From positions 19,592,001 to 19,656,000 of the forward strand of contig NC_047020.1 in NCBI RefSeq assembly GCF_902652985.1: a DNA stretch of 64,000 nt. Reading direction: 5' to 3'. Shown piece by piece: positions 45,474 through 58,110 of this stretch. Below the pieces are notes generated by a model. It was not told where the DNA came from, made no database searches, and was given only the letters and a program-made list of their open reading frames with translations. This DNA is from Pecten maximus (taxonomy: Eukaryota). Position 1 is the stretch's first letter, and every line of letters begins with the position of its first letter. The position numbers and the translations under genes are program-made.

Positions 45474-48400
45474 ATGTCTGACACAGAACTTCAAGCAGAT
45501 GAATTATTAGCACTGACAAGTATCTATGATGATGCTATCTTATCCGTCTCCCAGGATGGTGATCATGAAGATATTGGCGGGCAGTTTCTGTCAAGTGTTC
45601 ATCTGCCCGACACAACCATCAAGATTGTAAGCCGAAGTGAAAAAGGAGGTAAATCTTTTCATTGCTCTAGCTTACACTGTTCAGAGTCACTTTAAAATTC
45701 TTGATTACTATTGATGTATTTTGACAGTATCTACTAAAAAGATGATATGAACATGAAAAGAAAGGGAAATATCTTATGAAGTATTAACCATAATAGATAT
45801 ACGTAGAACGTGTAGGATATTGAAAAAGTGTTAGTGACAATCAATATTGAATAATTGTGTACCTTATTATATAAAGAATATTTAATTTTCTAGGAAACAA
45901 GGATGCTAAGATTATAGAGGATGTCCATGAGGTGAAGTTCCTTCCGCCAGTAGTACTGAACTTCCAACTTCCTGCTGACTACCCGTCCTGTAGCCCTCCA
46001 CAGTTCACACTGTCCTGCAAGTGGCTCAACAGAAAACAGGTGTGTACATTTATGTCGGCTCACTTTTCTTAACGAAGATGAATCGACAATGGTCCTATAT
46101 AACATTCTACTAGAGGTATACTAGAGGTGGGTTTATCAGATATTCTTGAACATGTAAATGCACTATAGATCAATATGTGGAATGATATATAGCCTGTATT
46201 CGTGTATTTGTACTTTCAACAGTTGACTGCCCTTTGCCACAAGCTGGATGCTATCTGGGAGGAAAACAAAGGAAATGAAATTTTGTTCATGTGGACCAGC
46301 TTTATGGCAGAGGAGACTTTAGAATTTCTAGGGTTAGAGTCCACTATAGATCTGACTAATGCCTTTGATAGCAGGAAAGGTTCTGACACAGAGCCAAGGG
46401 CTATACAGGATATTGGTTCCAAGGATCGACTTATCCCAACTGTTTTGGAATATGACAAGCAGGAGAAGCAACACCAGTTTGAGAAGACAATGTTCCAGTG
46501 TAAAGTCTGCTTCTTGGACAAACAGGGATCTTCTTGTATAAAATTTCTAGACTGTGACCATGTATATTGTAAGGACTGTATGAGGGACTATTTCACAGTT
46601 CAGATTGCTGAGGGAAATGTAACGGCCCTGAGCTGTCCTGATGACAAGTGTGAATCACAGGCTCATCCCTCTCAGGTAAATCACAGGGAAAAATGGCAGT
46701 TAAAGTGCAATCATGACTTAGTGTAATGGATTCATTTGCTGTAAAGATCCATTAAAATTCCTTTCTTTCTTAAAGCATTCACTGACCATGCATGCTTTAA
46801 AGGAATGATAAAGGTTTTGATTATTGTTAGATATCAAATTTTATTCAAAACTCTTTGTTGAAGACTGATAATGTTGAGTTTGTGCCAATCAGATAGGTAA
46901 TTTCTGTAATAGCCTGTTTTTTTTTATCTATGGAAGGCCCTATAGCTAGTCAACATGATTTCTGTGATAGCCTGTGTTTTTTATCAGGTGGTGGCCCTGG
47001 TCAATTTGATTTCTGTGAGAACCTGTGAATTTTTTATCAGGTGAAGGCCCTGGTCAGTAAGGAGCTATTTGACAAGTATGAGAAACTCTTGCTCCAGACT
47101 AGTCTTGATATGATGGTGGATATCATGTACTGCCCACGGCCTGCATGTCAGTATCCTGTTATGCTGGACAGAGAAAGCAACATGGGGTCCTGTCCATCAT
47201 GTAGCTATGCTTTTTGTACACTTTGCAAACTGGTCTTTCATGGAAAGTCTCCATGTCGAGTTAAAGCTGGTGAGTATTAACATTGATTACTTGATGGATG
47301 TCAGGGTTGTTGGAATATAGATTTTGTGTTTATAACATTCCTTTATGACATTTTTGTTTTCAATTAAATAGTTTGTTATATGACGGTGCTTATCTGATTT
47401 TTCAATTAAATAGTTTGTTATATGGTGGTGCTTATCTAAATCTACATAACTGCCACACAGTCGGAAAGATTTGGGATAGTAAAGATAATAAAGGATAGTA
47501 TATACAGGAAAGAATTTTGAGGATGTATAAAGGAAATATAATGGGTAATAGTACAGTCAGAAAAAAATATTGGGAATATCATTCGGGAAAGATAATTGAG
47601 GATAGTATATATTGTAAGTAAATTTGGATATTATTAGGAATAGTGTTATTGCAGAACAAAGAAAAGTAGTTATTAGAAAGAAAATTGGAACATTAAGTAT
47701 AAAAATCCTGCACATCAAAATGTAGATGTTAAATGTAATGCATATGGTAATCATACTGTTACTGATGTGACTATGTTCTGACAGATGGTTTCAAAAAGCT
47801 GCGAGAGGAGTACCAGAATGCTGATGAGGAGAAAAAGAAGTTCCTAGAGAAGAAGTATGGGAAAAAGACAATAGAACAGGCCTTGGAGGAAGCCTTCACG
47901 AATGAGTGGATGGAGAGCTTTGCCAAGCAATGTCCAGGGTGTGGAGCACAAATACAGGTACATTGTTAAACAACACATATGCATAAGCCTTTCAATGGGA
48001 TAAAACGAAAATGAGTACATTACAAGACATGTACAGCCAAATGTGACACTAAACTTGTATACAGTTAGATACGACACTTAATCCATGTACAGTTGAATTT
48101 AAATATGACACTGTACTTGTGTGAAGCCAAGTACGACACTCTAATTGTGTACAATTATGACACTATACAGGTGTACAGTTAAATATGACACTAAATTCAT
48201 GTACAGACAAATATCACACTAAATCCATGCAGCCAATTATGACACCAAACTGGTGTAAAGTTAAATTTGACACTAAATCCATGTACAACAAATATGACAA
48301 CAAACTCATTTACAGTCAAGTATTATAATTATATTGACCGTATGCATTGTTCCCTTAGATGTTACTTGCTTAAAAAAAAGTACATTTTGTTCACTCACAG

Positions 48401-48595
48401 AAAATGGATGGTTGTAACAAGATGACGTGTATGAAGTGCCGTTCCTATTTCTGCTGGCTGTGTATGGCTGAGCTCTCCCGCAACAACCCATACAAACACT
48501 TCAGCCAGCCTGGCAGTGACTGTAATAATCGCCTGTTTGAGGGTATGGAAGAAGATGATGATGATGAGGATTTTGATTATGATTTCTTTTTCTGA
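45474..48595 (+). CDS. RNF14: RBR-type E3 ubiquitin ligase RNF14 (RWD-RING1-IBR-RING2), ~456 aa
   Basis: Exons: 45474-45648, 45894-46039, 46223-46675, 47041-47269, 47785-47957, 48401-48595. RWD (QADELLALTSIYD, FLPPVVLNFQLPADYPS..PPQFTLSCKWL), RING1 CKVCF..CDHVYCKDC..CPDDKC, IBR YCPRPACQ..CPSCSYAFCTLC..HG, RING2 [30 protein letters not shown], and an acidic tail. A probable non-coding first exon ends at donor 44806/44807. Confidence 0.96.
48020..48310 (+). repeat. Degenerate ~30-bp minisatellite in RNF14 intron 5
   Basis: Recurring ATATGACACTAAATCCATGTACAG. Confidence 0.7.
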
Positions 48596-49854
48596 TGTTT
48601 TATGTTTGATTCAAAGTACGAGTGTGATCTGCCTGTGTGATTGTTATCTTAATTTTTAATTATTTTTTTAATCAGTGTCTTTGTTGAAGAGAATGCTACA
48701 CAGAATTTATGATTATATTCTGAAAAAACCTATACATACTACTTATAAACTATTATTTTGCTGATCATTGATTGATCTATTGCCAAAAGTAAACCGAGGA
48801 CAAAGTGCATGAAAGTACTAAGTCCATAGTCTACAGTCCAAGTTTACGTGTGACATAATTATTTGAGGATTAAAATGTATATAAATGATCCAGTCTAAGG
48901 TCAAATTCATGTACAGTGTAGTTACCTCTGAGGTCATAGTTTGTGTGAATTCCATGACTGTGTTGTCTTGTGTGCATTGTAACTACTCCAGAAACGTTGC
49001 CATTACTCATTACCCAGTTTGTTTTCCATTTATGGTGTTGCTCAGCATTCTGTATTTTGTGTCTGTTTGATTGCATCTTCAATTTTATAAGATGCCTTAT
49101 TTATTTTGTTGTTAAAGTTTGACACTTCGCTCAAGTGATGATTTACAATTTAAAATGAAGTTAAATTTCTAAGTGTCAGTGTGCTGTGTAAAATAGCAGC
49201 ATAGAAATTAGTTTTAGAATGAGATGCTTCATTATATTTATTAGTCTACTGTCTGTGATGATTTTGAAAGTACCTTTGACAAAGTTAAATGGTACCAATT
49301 CAACTTGTAAATACACATGTTTTATCTTTCTTTCTCCTTTAAAAGGTTTTTTTTCACTATGATGAAGGAGTTGAAGCAAGATTAAAAATGTTTCTTTTCT
49401 CTCATTCTTGTTATCAGCATCCAAACATCATCATCAAGAAGTTGCAATTAGCAAATGTTTTAGAAAAAGAGCTACAATAAAAATTCGGACAAACAGTAAG
49501 ATTCAGATTATTTGGATCGAAAATATGAGTAGATATATGAATAGAGACAAGCAATGCTGATATATATTTTATGTGAATTATCATTTAGGTAGACAATACA
49601 CTGTCAGGGGCAGTAACTCTGTTTGCTTTGTTGTCTCCTCAGATGTGTTCTGTTTTATCTGGAAATATTAACGTTAATCATATAAAGAAGAGTTATGCTT
49701 CTTCTTAAGGTTTAAAGTTGCTTTTTGTTGGAAACAGAATTTATTATATATAATATATATATCTAAATGATTTTCAGCTTAAAATAGTTACATAAGTGTC
49801 ATTGTAATGAAATTTTAAAAACTTGAAATGGAAACAGTATTCACTATTTTCTCC

Positions 49855-51970
49855 TTTTAGCCCACCATCATCAGATGGTGGGCTATTCAAATCGCCTTGC
49901 GTCCGTGGTCCGTGGTCCGTCCGTCCGTCCCTCCGTCCGTCCGTAAACAATTCTTGTTATCGCTATTTCTCAGAAAGTACTGAAGGGATCTTTCTCAAAT
50001 TCCATATGTAAGTTCCCCTTGGTGCCTAGTTATGCATATCGCATTTTGAGACCTATCAGAAAACAACATGGCCGACAGGCAGCCATCTTGGATTTTGACA
50101 ATTGAAGTTTGTTATCGCTATTTCTCAGAAAGTACTGAAGGGATCTTTCTCAAATTCCATATGTAAGTTCCCCTTGGTGCCTAGTTATGCATATCGCATT
50201 TTGAGACCTATCAGAAAACAACATGGCCGACAGGCAGCCATCTTGGATTTTGACAATTGAAGTTTGTTATCGCTATTTCTCATAAAGTACTGAAGGGATC
50301 TTTCTCAAATTTCATATGTAGGTTCCCCTTGGTGTCTAGTTATGCATATCGCATTTTGAGACCTATCAGAAAACAACATGGCCGACAGGCAGCCATCTTG
50401 GATTTTGACAATTGAAGTTTGTTATCGCTATTTCTCAGGAAGTACTGAAGGGATCTTTCTCAAATTTCATATGTAGGTTCCCCTTGGTGCCTTGTTATGC
50501 ATATCGCATTTTGAGACCAATCCAAAAACAACATGGCCGACAGGCAGCCATCTTGGATTTTGACAATTGAAGTTTGTTATCGCTATTTCTCAGAAAGTAC
50601 TGAAGGGATCTTTCTCAAATTTCATATGTAGGTTCCCCTTGGTGCCTTGTTATGCATATCGCATTTTGAGACCTATTGGAAAACAACATGGCCGACAGGC
50701 AGCCATCTTGGATTTTGACAATTGAAGTTTGTTATCGCTATTTCTCAGGAAGTACTGAAGGGATCTTTCTCAAATTTCATATGTAGGTTCCCTTTGGTGC
50801 CTAGTTATGCATATCGCATTTTGGGACTTATAGGAAAACAACATGGCTGACAGGCAGCCATCTTGGATTTTGACAATTGAAGTTTGTTATCTCTATTTCT
50901 CAGAAAGGACTGAAAGGATCTTTCTTAAATTTCATATATAGGTTCCCCTTGGTGCCTAGTTATGCATATCGCATTTTGAGACCTATCGGAAAACAACATG
51001 GCCGACAGGCAGCCATCTTGAATTTTGACAATTGAAGTTTGTTATTGCTATTTCTGAGAAAGCAATGAAGGGATCTTTCTCAAATTTCATATGTAGGTTC
51101 CCCTCGATGCCTAGTTATGCATATTGCATTTTGAGACCAATCGGAAAACAACATGGCCGACAGGCAGCCATCTTGGATTTTGACAATTGAAGTTTGTTAT
51201 CTCTATTTCTCAGAAAGGACTGAAGGGATCTTTCTCAAATTTCATATATAGGTTCCCCTTGGTGCCTAGTTATGCATATTGCATATTGAGACCAATCCTT
51301 AAACAACATGGCCGACAGGCAGCCATCTTGGATTTTGACAATTGAAGTTTGTTATCTCTATTTCTCAGAAAGCAATGAAGGGATCTTTCTCAAATTTCAT
51401 ATGTAGGTTCCCCTCGATGCCTAGTTATGCATATTGCATTTTGAGACCAATCGGAAAACAACATGGCCGACAGGCAGTCATCTTGGATTTTGACAATGGA
51501 AGTTTGTTATAGCTATTTATCAGAAATTGCTGAAGGGATCTTTCTGAAATTTCATTTGTAGTTTGCCCTCTGTGCCTAGTTATGCATATTGGATTTTGAG
51601 ACCAGTCAGAAAACAACCTGGCTGACAGGCAGCCATCTTGGATTTTGACAATTGAAGTTTGTTATCGCTATTTTACAGAAGGTACTGAAGGGATCTTTCT
51701 CAAATTTCATATATAGGTTCCCCTTGGTCCCTGGTGTTGCATTTTGGGACCAATCCGAAAACAACATGGCTGACAGACAGCCATTATCGCTAAATCTTAA
51801 ATTTTATATATAGGTTCCCCTTGTTTGAAAAGTACTAGAGGGCTGTTTCTGAATTTACACAGATTAGTAAGACTTAGAGGAAGGGAAAAGTAGGGAAAAG
51901 ATCAATCTGACATGGAAACTATAAAGATCATTCAATGGTGGGCGCCAAGATCCCTCTGGGATCTCTTGTT
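49855..51970 (+). mobile_element. Complete HINE with ~12 tandem copies of a 155-bp monomer
   Basis: 5' hairpin TAGCCCACCATC-ATCA-GATGGTGGGCTA after TTT; (GTCC)n microsatellite; CGCTATTTCT at 49961, 50116, 50271...; 3' subTIR ATGGTGGGC plus stem-loop AGATCCCTCTGGGATCT-CTTGTT. Confidence 0.93.
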
Positions 51971-52915
51971 ATTACATGTATTACATAATTTTTTTCATTT
52001 GCATATTACATGAGATGTTTTTTCTGTTTCTTGTAGGAAGAAATGACATTGATGTGTGTTGCTTTGTGAAGATGATTTTTTTGTCAGCATGTATCTGTAA
52101 TATTAACCATTGAGCCATTATGTAAAGATTATAGGAATCTGCTTAATTGAATCCAAAATAACAGACACTCTCTGTTTATAAAAGTTTATAATAGTGATCA
52201 ACATGATAGAATTTATACTGACCCCAGTTTCATCAATAATTCTTGATTTAAGGAAATTCCTTCCACAGGAAAGCATAACAGAATTTAAAGACAAATTTCA
52301 CTATGGTTTTTCTTCAAGATCTGAGATAATGTTTTCCTATAGACACTTTCAAGTTAAGGAATTTTCTTAAGTTAAGAAACAGGATTGGTGTTTCAAATTT
52401 CATATCTTAAACATATGGTTACCTCCCTTTGTGTTATATTGATCAATTAAAGAAATACTTCGTTAACACTACCTCAAATACTGAAGTGGTTACACAATTT
52501 AAAATACAACCTGTTGTGTACTGATAGATAAATATGTGTTATTCGCAACAAAGTCTTCATATAGATATTGTTAGTAACAGGTAGTGAACTAATTATGCTT
52601 TTACTTAATTACACAAAAACATTGCAAAATCCCATTACATTCTGTTGGTGATGTAGTATGTATAAATTCTCCTTACTTGTTATCACATCATTCCTATCTC
52701 AATCTATTTCACTTGTTTAAAGATCCTGATAAAGCAAGATAACATTTCGAATAATTTTTAAGTACTCATGACATGCTGAACTTTTTCACTTTCTTTTTTC
52801 CATATGCCTTTCAAAATATGAATCTATACAGTTTTGATATTCATATAATAGATTAAGGATACCATTGTCTCTTAGACAAATTTGGTAGGATTAATAACAT
52901 TATTGATTCTGTTAT

Positions 52916-53570
52916 TATTTTAGGTCATCTGAGACAAAGTCGCAAGTGACATATTCTAATTGCCTTTGTCCGTCATGCATAATGTGTTGTGGTCTGTAAA
53001 CAATTTACATTTACATCTTCTTCACAGAAACACCTAAACTAATTTCATTGAAATTTTGCTGAAACCTTCCCTGGTCAGAGGTCAACAAACTTGTGGTTTA
53101 TATGGTCCACACACCCAAGGGGACTTAGGGGCAGGGCCAAAAGGGGTCATATTGAATGAAAATTCAAAACTCTTCTCAAGACCTGAATAAGGTAGAATCA
53201 AATACTCATCATAGATGAAAGGGTCTTAAGGTGCTTTACCAAAACTGTGAATTTCTTTACCCAAGGGTCTCATATTTGCCCCTGGGGAGGGGGTAAACTT
53301 TACTATAGTTTATATAGGGAAATCACATTTTTGACTATCATTTATCCAATTTCTATTGGAATTCATTCTAATTTGGTTTGAATTAGTAGGTTGGGATTGG
53401 CCCTGACTGACCCCCTTGGTTGATTGGCAGGGCCAAAAAGGGTCAAATTAATTGAATTATTTCATTACCCTTAAGATTATTTATAATCAAATATTTAATG
53501 GATTCTCCAACTTAAATGAAGTGTTGCTCTCATGATGTGTTGGGTAATTTCTACCGTTTAAGATGCAGGT
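52916..53570 (+). mobile_element. Degenerate HINE, same family as 41952-44484 (opposite orientation)
   Basis: TTTTAGGTCATCTGAG..GTGAC 5' end; AAGGGTCTTAAGGTGCTTTACCAAAA and CCCTGGGGAGGGGGTAAACTTTACTATAGTT match the reverse complement of 44075-44170. Confidence 0.8.
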
Positions 53571-53589
53571 TAGTGTCCAATAAATTATA

Positions 53590-54625
53590 GTTGTATTTCA
53601 GGTGAAGGTTTGTATGTCAGGTGAGTGCATGTGTTTCAAATATACATGTACCCCTGAGAGCATTTTAAGTGTCAGTGTTTCAATTAAAGACTTCTGCTTC
53701 TGGTCAGTGTTGGTGTTTCAGATTGGAGCTTATCTTGCCAGTGCTTGTGTTTCAGATGAGGACTTGTGTGTCTGGTCAGTGCTTGTGTTTAAGATGAGAG
53801 CTTTTGTGTCTGGTCAGTGCTTGTGTTTAAGATGAGAGCTTGAGTGTCTGGTCAGTGCTTGTGTTTCAGATGAGAGCTTGTGTGTCTGCTTGGTGTTTCA
53901 GGCGAGGGCTCATGTGTCTCGTAGGTGCTGGTGCTTCAAATGAGGCCTTGTGTGTCTGGCCAGTGCTGGTGTTTCAGATGAGATGAGGGGCCTGTCTGAC
54001 CAGTGCTTATGTTTCAGATGAGAGCTTGTGTGTCTGACCAGTGCTTATGTTTCAGATGAAGGCTTGTGAGTCTGGTTGGTGTTGATTAAAATGCAAGTTA
54101 GTGTTGAAAACATTGAAGTTGTATTTCAGGTGAAGGTTTGTATGTACATGTAGATCTGAGGGTATTTAAAGTGTCAATTTTTCAGTTAAAGGTTTGTGTG
54201 TCTGGTCAGTGTTGGTGTTTGAGATGAGGGCTTGTCTGGCCAATGCAGGTGTTTCAAATGAGGACTTGTGTGTCTGGCTGGTGTTGGTATTTTAGATGAG
54301 GGCTTGTGTGTCTGGCTGGTGTTGGTGTTTCAGATGAGGGCTTGTGTGTCTGCTTGGTGTTTCAGGCGAGGGCTCATGTGTCTCGTCGGTGCTGGTGCTT
54401 CAAATGAGGCCTTGTGTGTCTGGCCAGTGCTGGTGTTTCAGATGAGATGAGGGCTTGTCTGGCCAATGCTGGTGTTTCAAATGAGGACTTGTGTGTCTGG
54501 CCGGTGTTGGTGTTTCCGATGAGAGCTTGTGTGTCTGACCAGTGCTGGTGTTACAAATGAGAGCTTTTGTGTCTTGTTCAAAAGATGGAGATTTATGTGT
54601 CTGGTCAGTGTTAGTGTTTCAGATA
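53590..54625 (+). repeat. Degenerate ~38-bp minisatellite with superimposed larger duplications
   Basis: Unit TGTGTGTCTGGTCAGTGCTTGTGTTTCAGATGAGAGCT; block 53865-53990 recurs at 54327-54455; GTTGTATTTCAGGTGAAGGTTTGTATGT occurs at ~53590 and ~54118. Confidence 0.85.
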
Positions 54626-56165
54626 AAAGCTTACACAGTTCATGGCTAGTTTCTTGTATTTTGAGTCAGATATTGTATAATGAAGTGTATTTATGTCAGC
54701 TCTTTCAGTACAGAATATTTGTTAGCGATTTTGTTTATCGGAAAAATACTTCAGATGTTGCTCAATGATTATTCCAAGTATGGTGTTAATAATTAAATTA
54801 TTGTTATTAAGAAAACTACACACACAATCACCAAAGAGAAAAAGGTTGCAAAGAAATTTCTGTTTTCAATAGAATCTTTGTACATATCTTACGTTTACTT
54901 TCGAACGACATATTTTGTGTTGTATGCTTTGAAAAGAAAATGTGCACCAGGGCCTTTCCTTATCAATCCAACATGCATACCAAAGATCATTTGGTTACAG
55001 ATCAAGTTCATTTTTATCACACCATGATTAAAAATTTGTTATGAAATTTTAAAGGTGAAATTAGTTGAATTGAAAAAGAATAAAACTGACCAATAATCAC
55101 AGTACTGTGATAAGGCCAGAGGTGAAAGTCACATTTTGTATCTCTGAACCGGTAATTAATTTCTTCGGCAGTGGTAGTCGTACGTGATCCAGCAAGTTTA
55201 ATGCCAAATGTCAAGGTCACAAATTTAAAGGCAATGCCAAAAGGTAAACGTGTGTGTCTCTCAGTTAGTCAATATTTTGTTTTGACATTATAAAGTAAAA
55301 CTGTTTAGATTTTTACAAGATGCTAATTGACGAATGACCTAGGTCATCAGGTCAAAGATAGCGGCAATCTTGGATTTCTACCCTAAATGGAAGACAGGTT
55401 ATGGGATGTATCAGGCAGCCATACGGGGTGTCCTTATGGCACATGTCCCTGTTGTTGTTCCCTATGTATTTGTTACATTGAATGACAACATGTAGATATA
55501 GCCGGTTTTCATCACTGTAGGGCTCTTTCGTTATTCTTCCTTTCAATGACTAGTTTTGTACAAAGAAGAACTATGAAGAGTTATGAATTGAATAAATTAA
55601 GCAGAACAAACTGATAGTGGAAATAGCCATGTTGTTGACTTTATTAATACATAGAGCTAGGTATTAAGGTTTGAGATGGATGGAACTGTTACTGCACCTG
55701 ATTTTATAATGAAGAATTAAATGAAATAGAGAGGATCCTCATTGTCATTGTTAGGTGACAGTATGTGATATATTCAAAAGGGCTCGTTCCTATTTATCAG
55801 TAAAAATAACATTTGAGCCCAAGATATCACGTTTGTTATTACCGATCAATAGAAACGATCACGAGCTCCTACATGTATGCTGTAATGAGGGAAACAGACG
55901 AATTTCCCAAAATGTTGTTGTTTAATTGTTACGACATGCAGAGAGTGTATGTGATTGAAGGTTAGTGTTACATGCCTGGATATGTAATAAACTTTATCGT
56001 TGTGTTGACGATATTAAGATTATCACTTTGTTTTCTTGCTTTATATTATTATATTTCAATGTTCTGAACTGACAGATATTTGATTATCTCCAGACACCAT
56101 CCACTAGCGGATTCAGGGGGGGGGGGGGGGGGGGGGGGGTCCCCTTTTTCGGATGAGGAAAAATT

Positions 56166-56522
56166 ATTTTTATCCCCTCACGACGAAAGTCGGGGAGGGG
56201 ATATAGCGTTCCGTTCGTACGTACGTACGTTCACTTTTTGTCAGCGCTCTTGCGACTTCCTTTTTGAACGGATCCTGACCAAACTTCATATATGGGTCTA
56301 GCATGGGAATACCTCGAACGAGTTCGTGTTTCAGGGTGCCAAGGTCAAGGTTAAGGTCACCGTTACTATTTATAGAAAATCTTTGTCAGCACTTTTGTGA
56401 CTTATTTCTGAACGGATCCTGACCAAACTTCATATATGGGTCCAGCATGGGAATACCTCGAACGAGTTCTTGTTTTAGGGCGCCAATGTCAAGGCCAATG
56501 TCACCGTTACTATTAATAGAAG
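56166..56522 (+). mobile_element. 5' part of a third HINE family with two ~144-bp monomers
   Basis: TTTTTATCCCCTC..GAGGGGATATAG hairpin, (CGTA)n microsatellite, GAACGGATCCTGACCAAACTTCAT at 56266 and 56410, AAGGTCAAGG..AAGGTCAC motif. Confidence 0.75.
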
Positions 56523-58011
56523 AATTTACGCAGTAGACCCTCACCAATACTGCAAATCACTTGTATTTTCCTAATTACTTTATTTCATGATCTGGTGTCT
56601 CCTCATTTATTCGTGAGTATTTAAATTAGCGAATGACGAGACTATCATGCATTGTACTATAGCAATACTATTATTTGCGAGGTATATAATTTCGCGATTA
56701 AGTCTACTTGCGTATTCACGCGAAAATAAATCTCTCACGACAGTAGTATATTTGACACCTATAGTCTTCATGTGACTATATTGCATTCTTTATTTTTCCT
56801 GAATGGGACTCCATCCAAGAAAATAATCATGTACTATGCCAATTAAACCTTCTGAACAAAGGAAAATGCTTATATGTGCATTGAGATACACACATAATTA
56901 TAATAACTATCAGGAAATGAAGTTGCTAGTGTGATGCGTAACCAGATACAGTTGAATGCATAACAATGTATACCATATTTATCTGGCAATGAGCCCATGC
57001 CTAATGATAAGCCCATCCATGTCTATTGCAGTTCAGTGCAAATGACAACTGATGTTATTTCAATGTCCTGCAATAACCCCAACCCCTATTTTGCGTCAGA
57101 GTTCATGTGTTAGCACGCGAAATAGGGGTTTGTATCGTTTGCGATGCCTTGTTAGCTTTAAAACGCCTATGCCAAACCCCCCACCCCCACCCTCAATCAT
57201 TTCATATTCCGAAATTTTGGCCCCAAGACTCCTCGCCAAAAAAATCGCATTACCACTATATTACAGGACCCGCACCTTTTCAAATTCCTGGATCCGCGCC
57301 TGCCATCGTTTGGTTCCGTTTGATAAAGGTTTAGCTGAAAATGATACTATTCTTGAACAATTAACACTTCAGGTCGCTTCCGAGTCGTGATAGCAACGAC
57401 ATAAAAACTTTCTTATGAAGCAGCTGGTGATCGGTATGGCTAGTACTGTTTACAGGAAATCAGGTGTAATTACATATACCATACTAAATATCGTCAGCTG
57501 CACACTGTCACACAAAAAAACGAAAATAATACATAAGTATTCCCTATATCCCGAAACGTAAGATATGAAGCAGTGTACCCCTACAATATCCCGGATATCA
57601 AGGTGCTCCCGATTGTGTACCTATTTATGAAATGCATAGATATTGTTATGAATCAAAATGGACTCTGGAAGGCGCGAATGAAAACAGTGGCATTATGAAC
57701 GGAGAGTTTCTTTATGGGTGGCTGCGGCATTCACAGCTGTGTAATTTCTGTGATTTAAACCTAACTTACATATGTATTTCGAATATGGAATCGACTATGG
57801 TATGTTGCTACAGAGAAAAAGAAAATGCATTATTGTTAAATGTACACCTGTTAAATGTACATCGTTACACCTGTATGTTTTTGATATATGTTATTATGAA
57901 ATTAAATTATAAGAACCACTAGAAGTGCTTGTCAGATTCACGTCACGTAGTCACTCGAGCGATATGTTTCTATGCTTGGTATAAGTTAAAGCTGACGAAG
58001 GAAGACAACTT

Positions 58012-58110
58012 TATGGCTCGTGCCCTTACCAGGCCTCGAACTCACGATCTATGGTACCGAATCGCCTAGCCAGAAATACCCGCAGCTTATACCGCTGCGC
58101 CACATCGGCG
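58012..58110 (-). mobile_element. tRNA-derived SINE head (degenerate)
   Basis: Reverse strand GCCGATGTGGCGCAGCGG (A box) ... GAGTTCGAGGC (B box); does not fold into a cloverleaf. Confidence 0.55.

Noticed and set aside
56101-57302. hAT-like MITE bounded by GCGGATTCAGG / CCTGGATCCGCGCCTG enclosing a HINE
   Set aside because: The left TIR is degenerate and only 5 bp of flank match, so the boundaries are not supportable.
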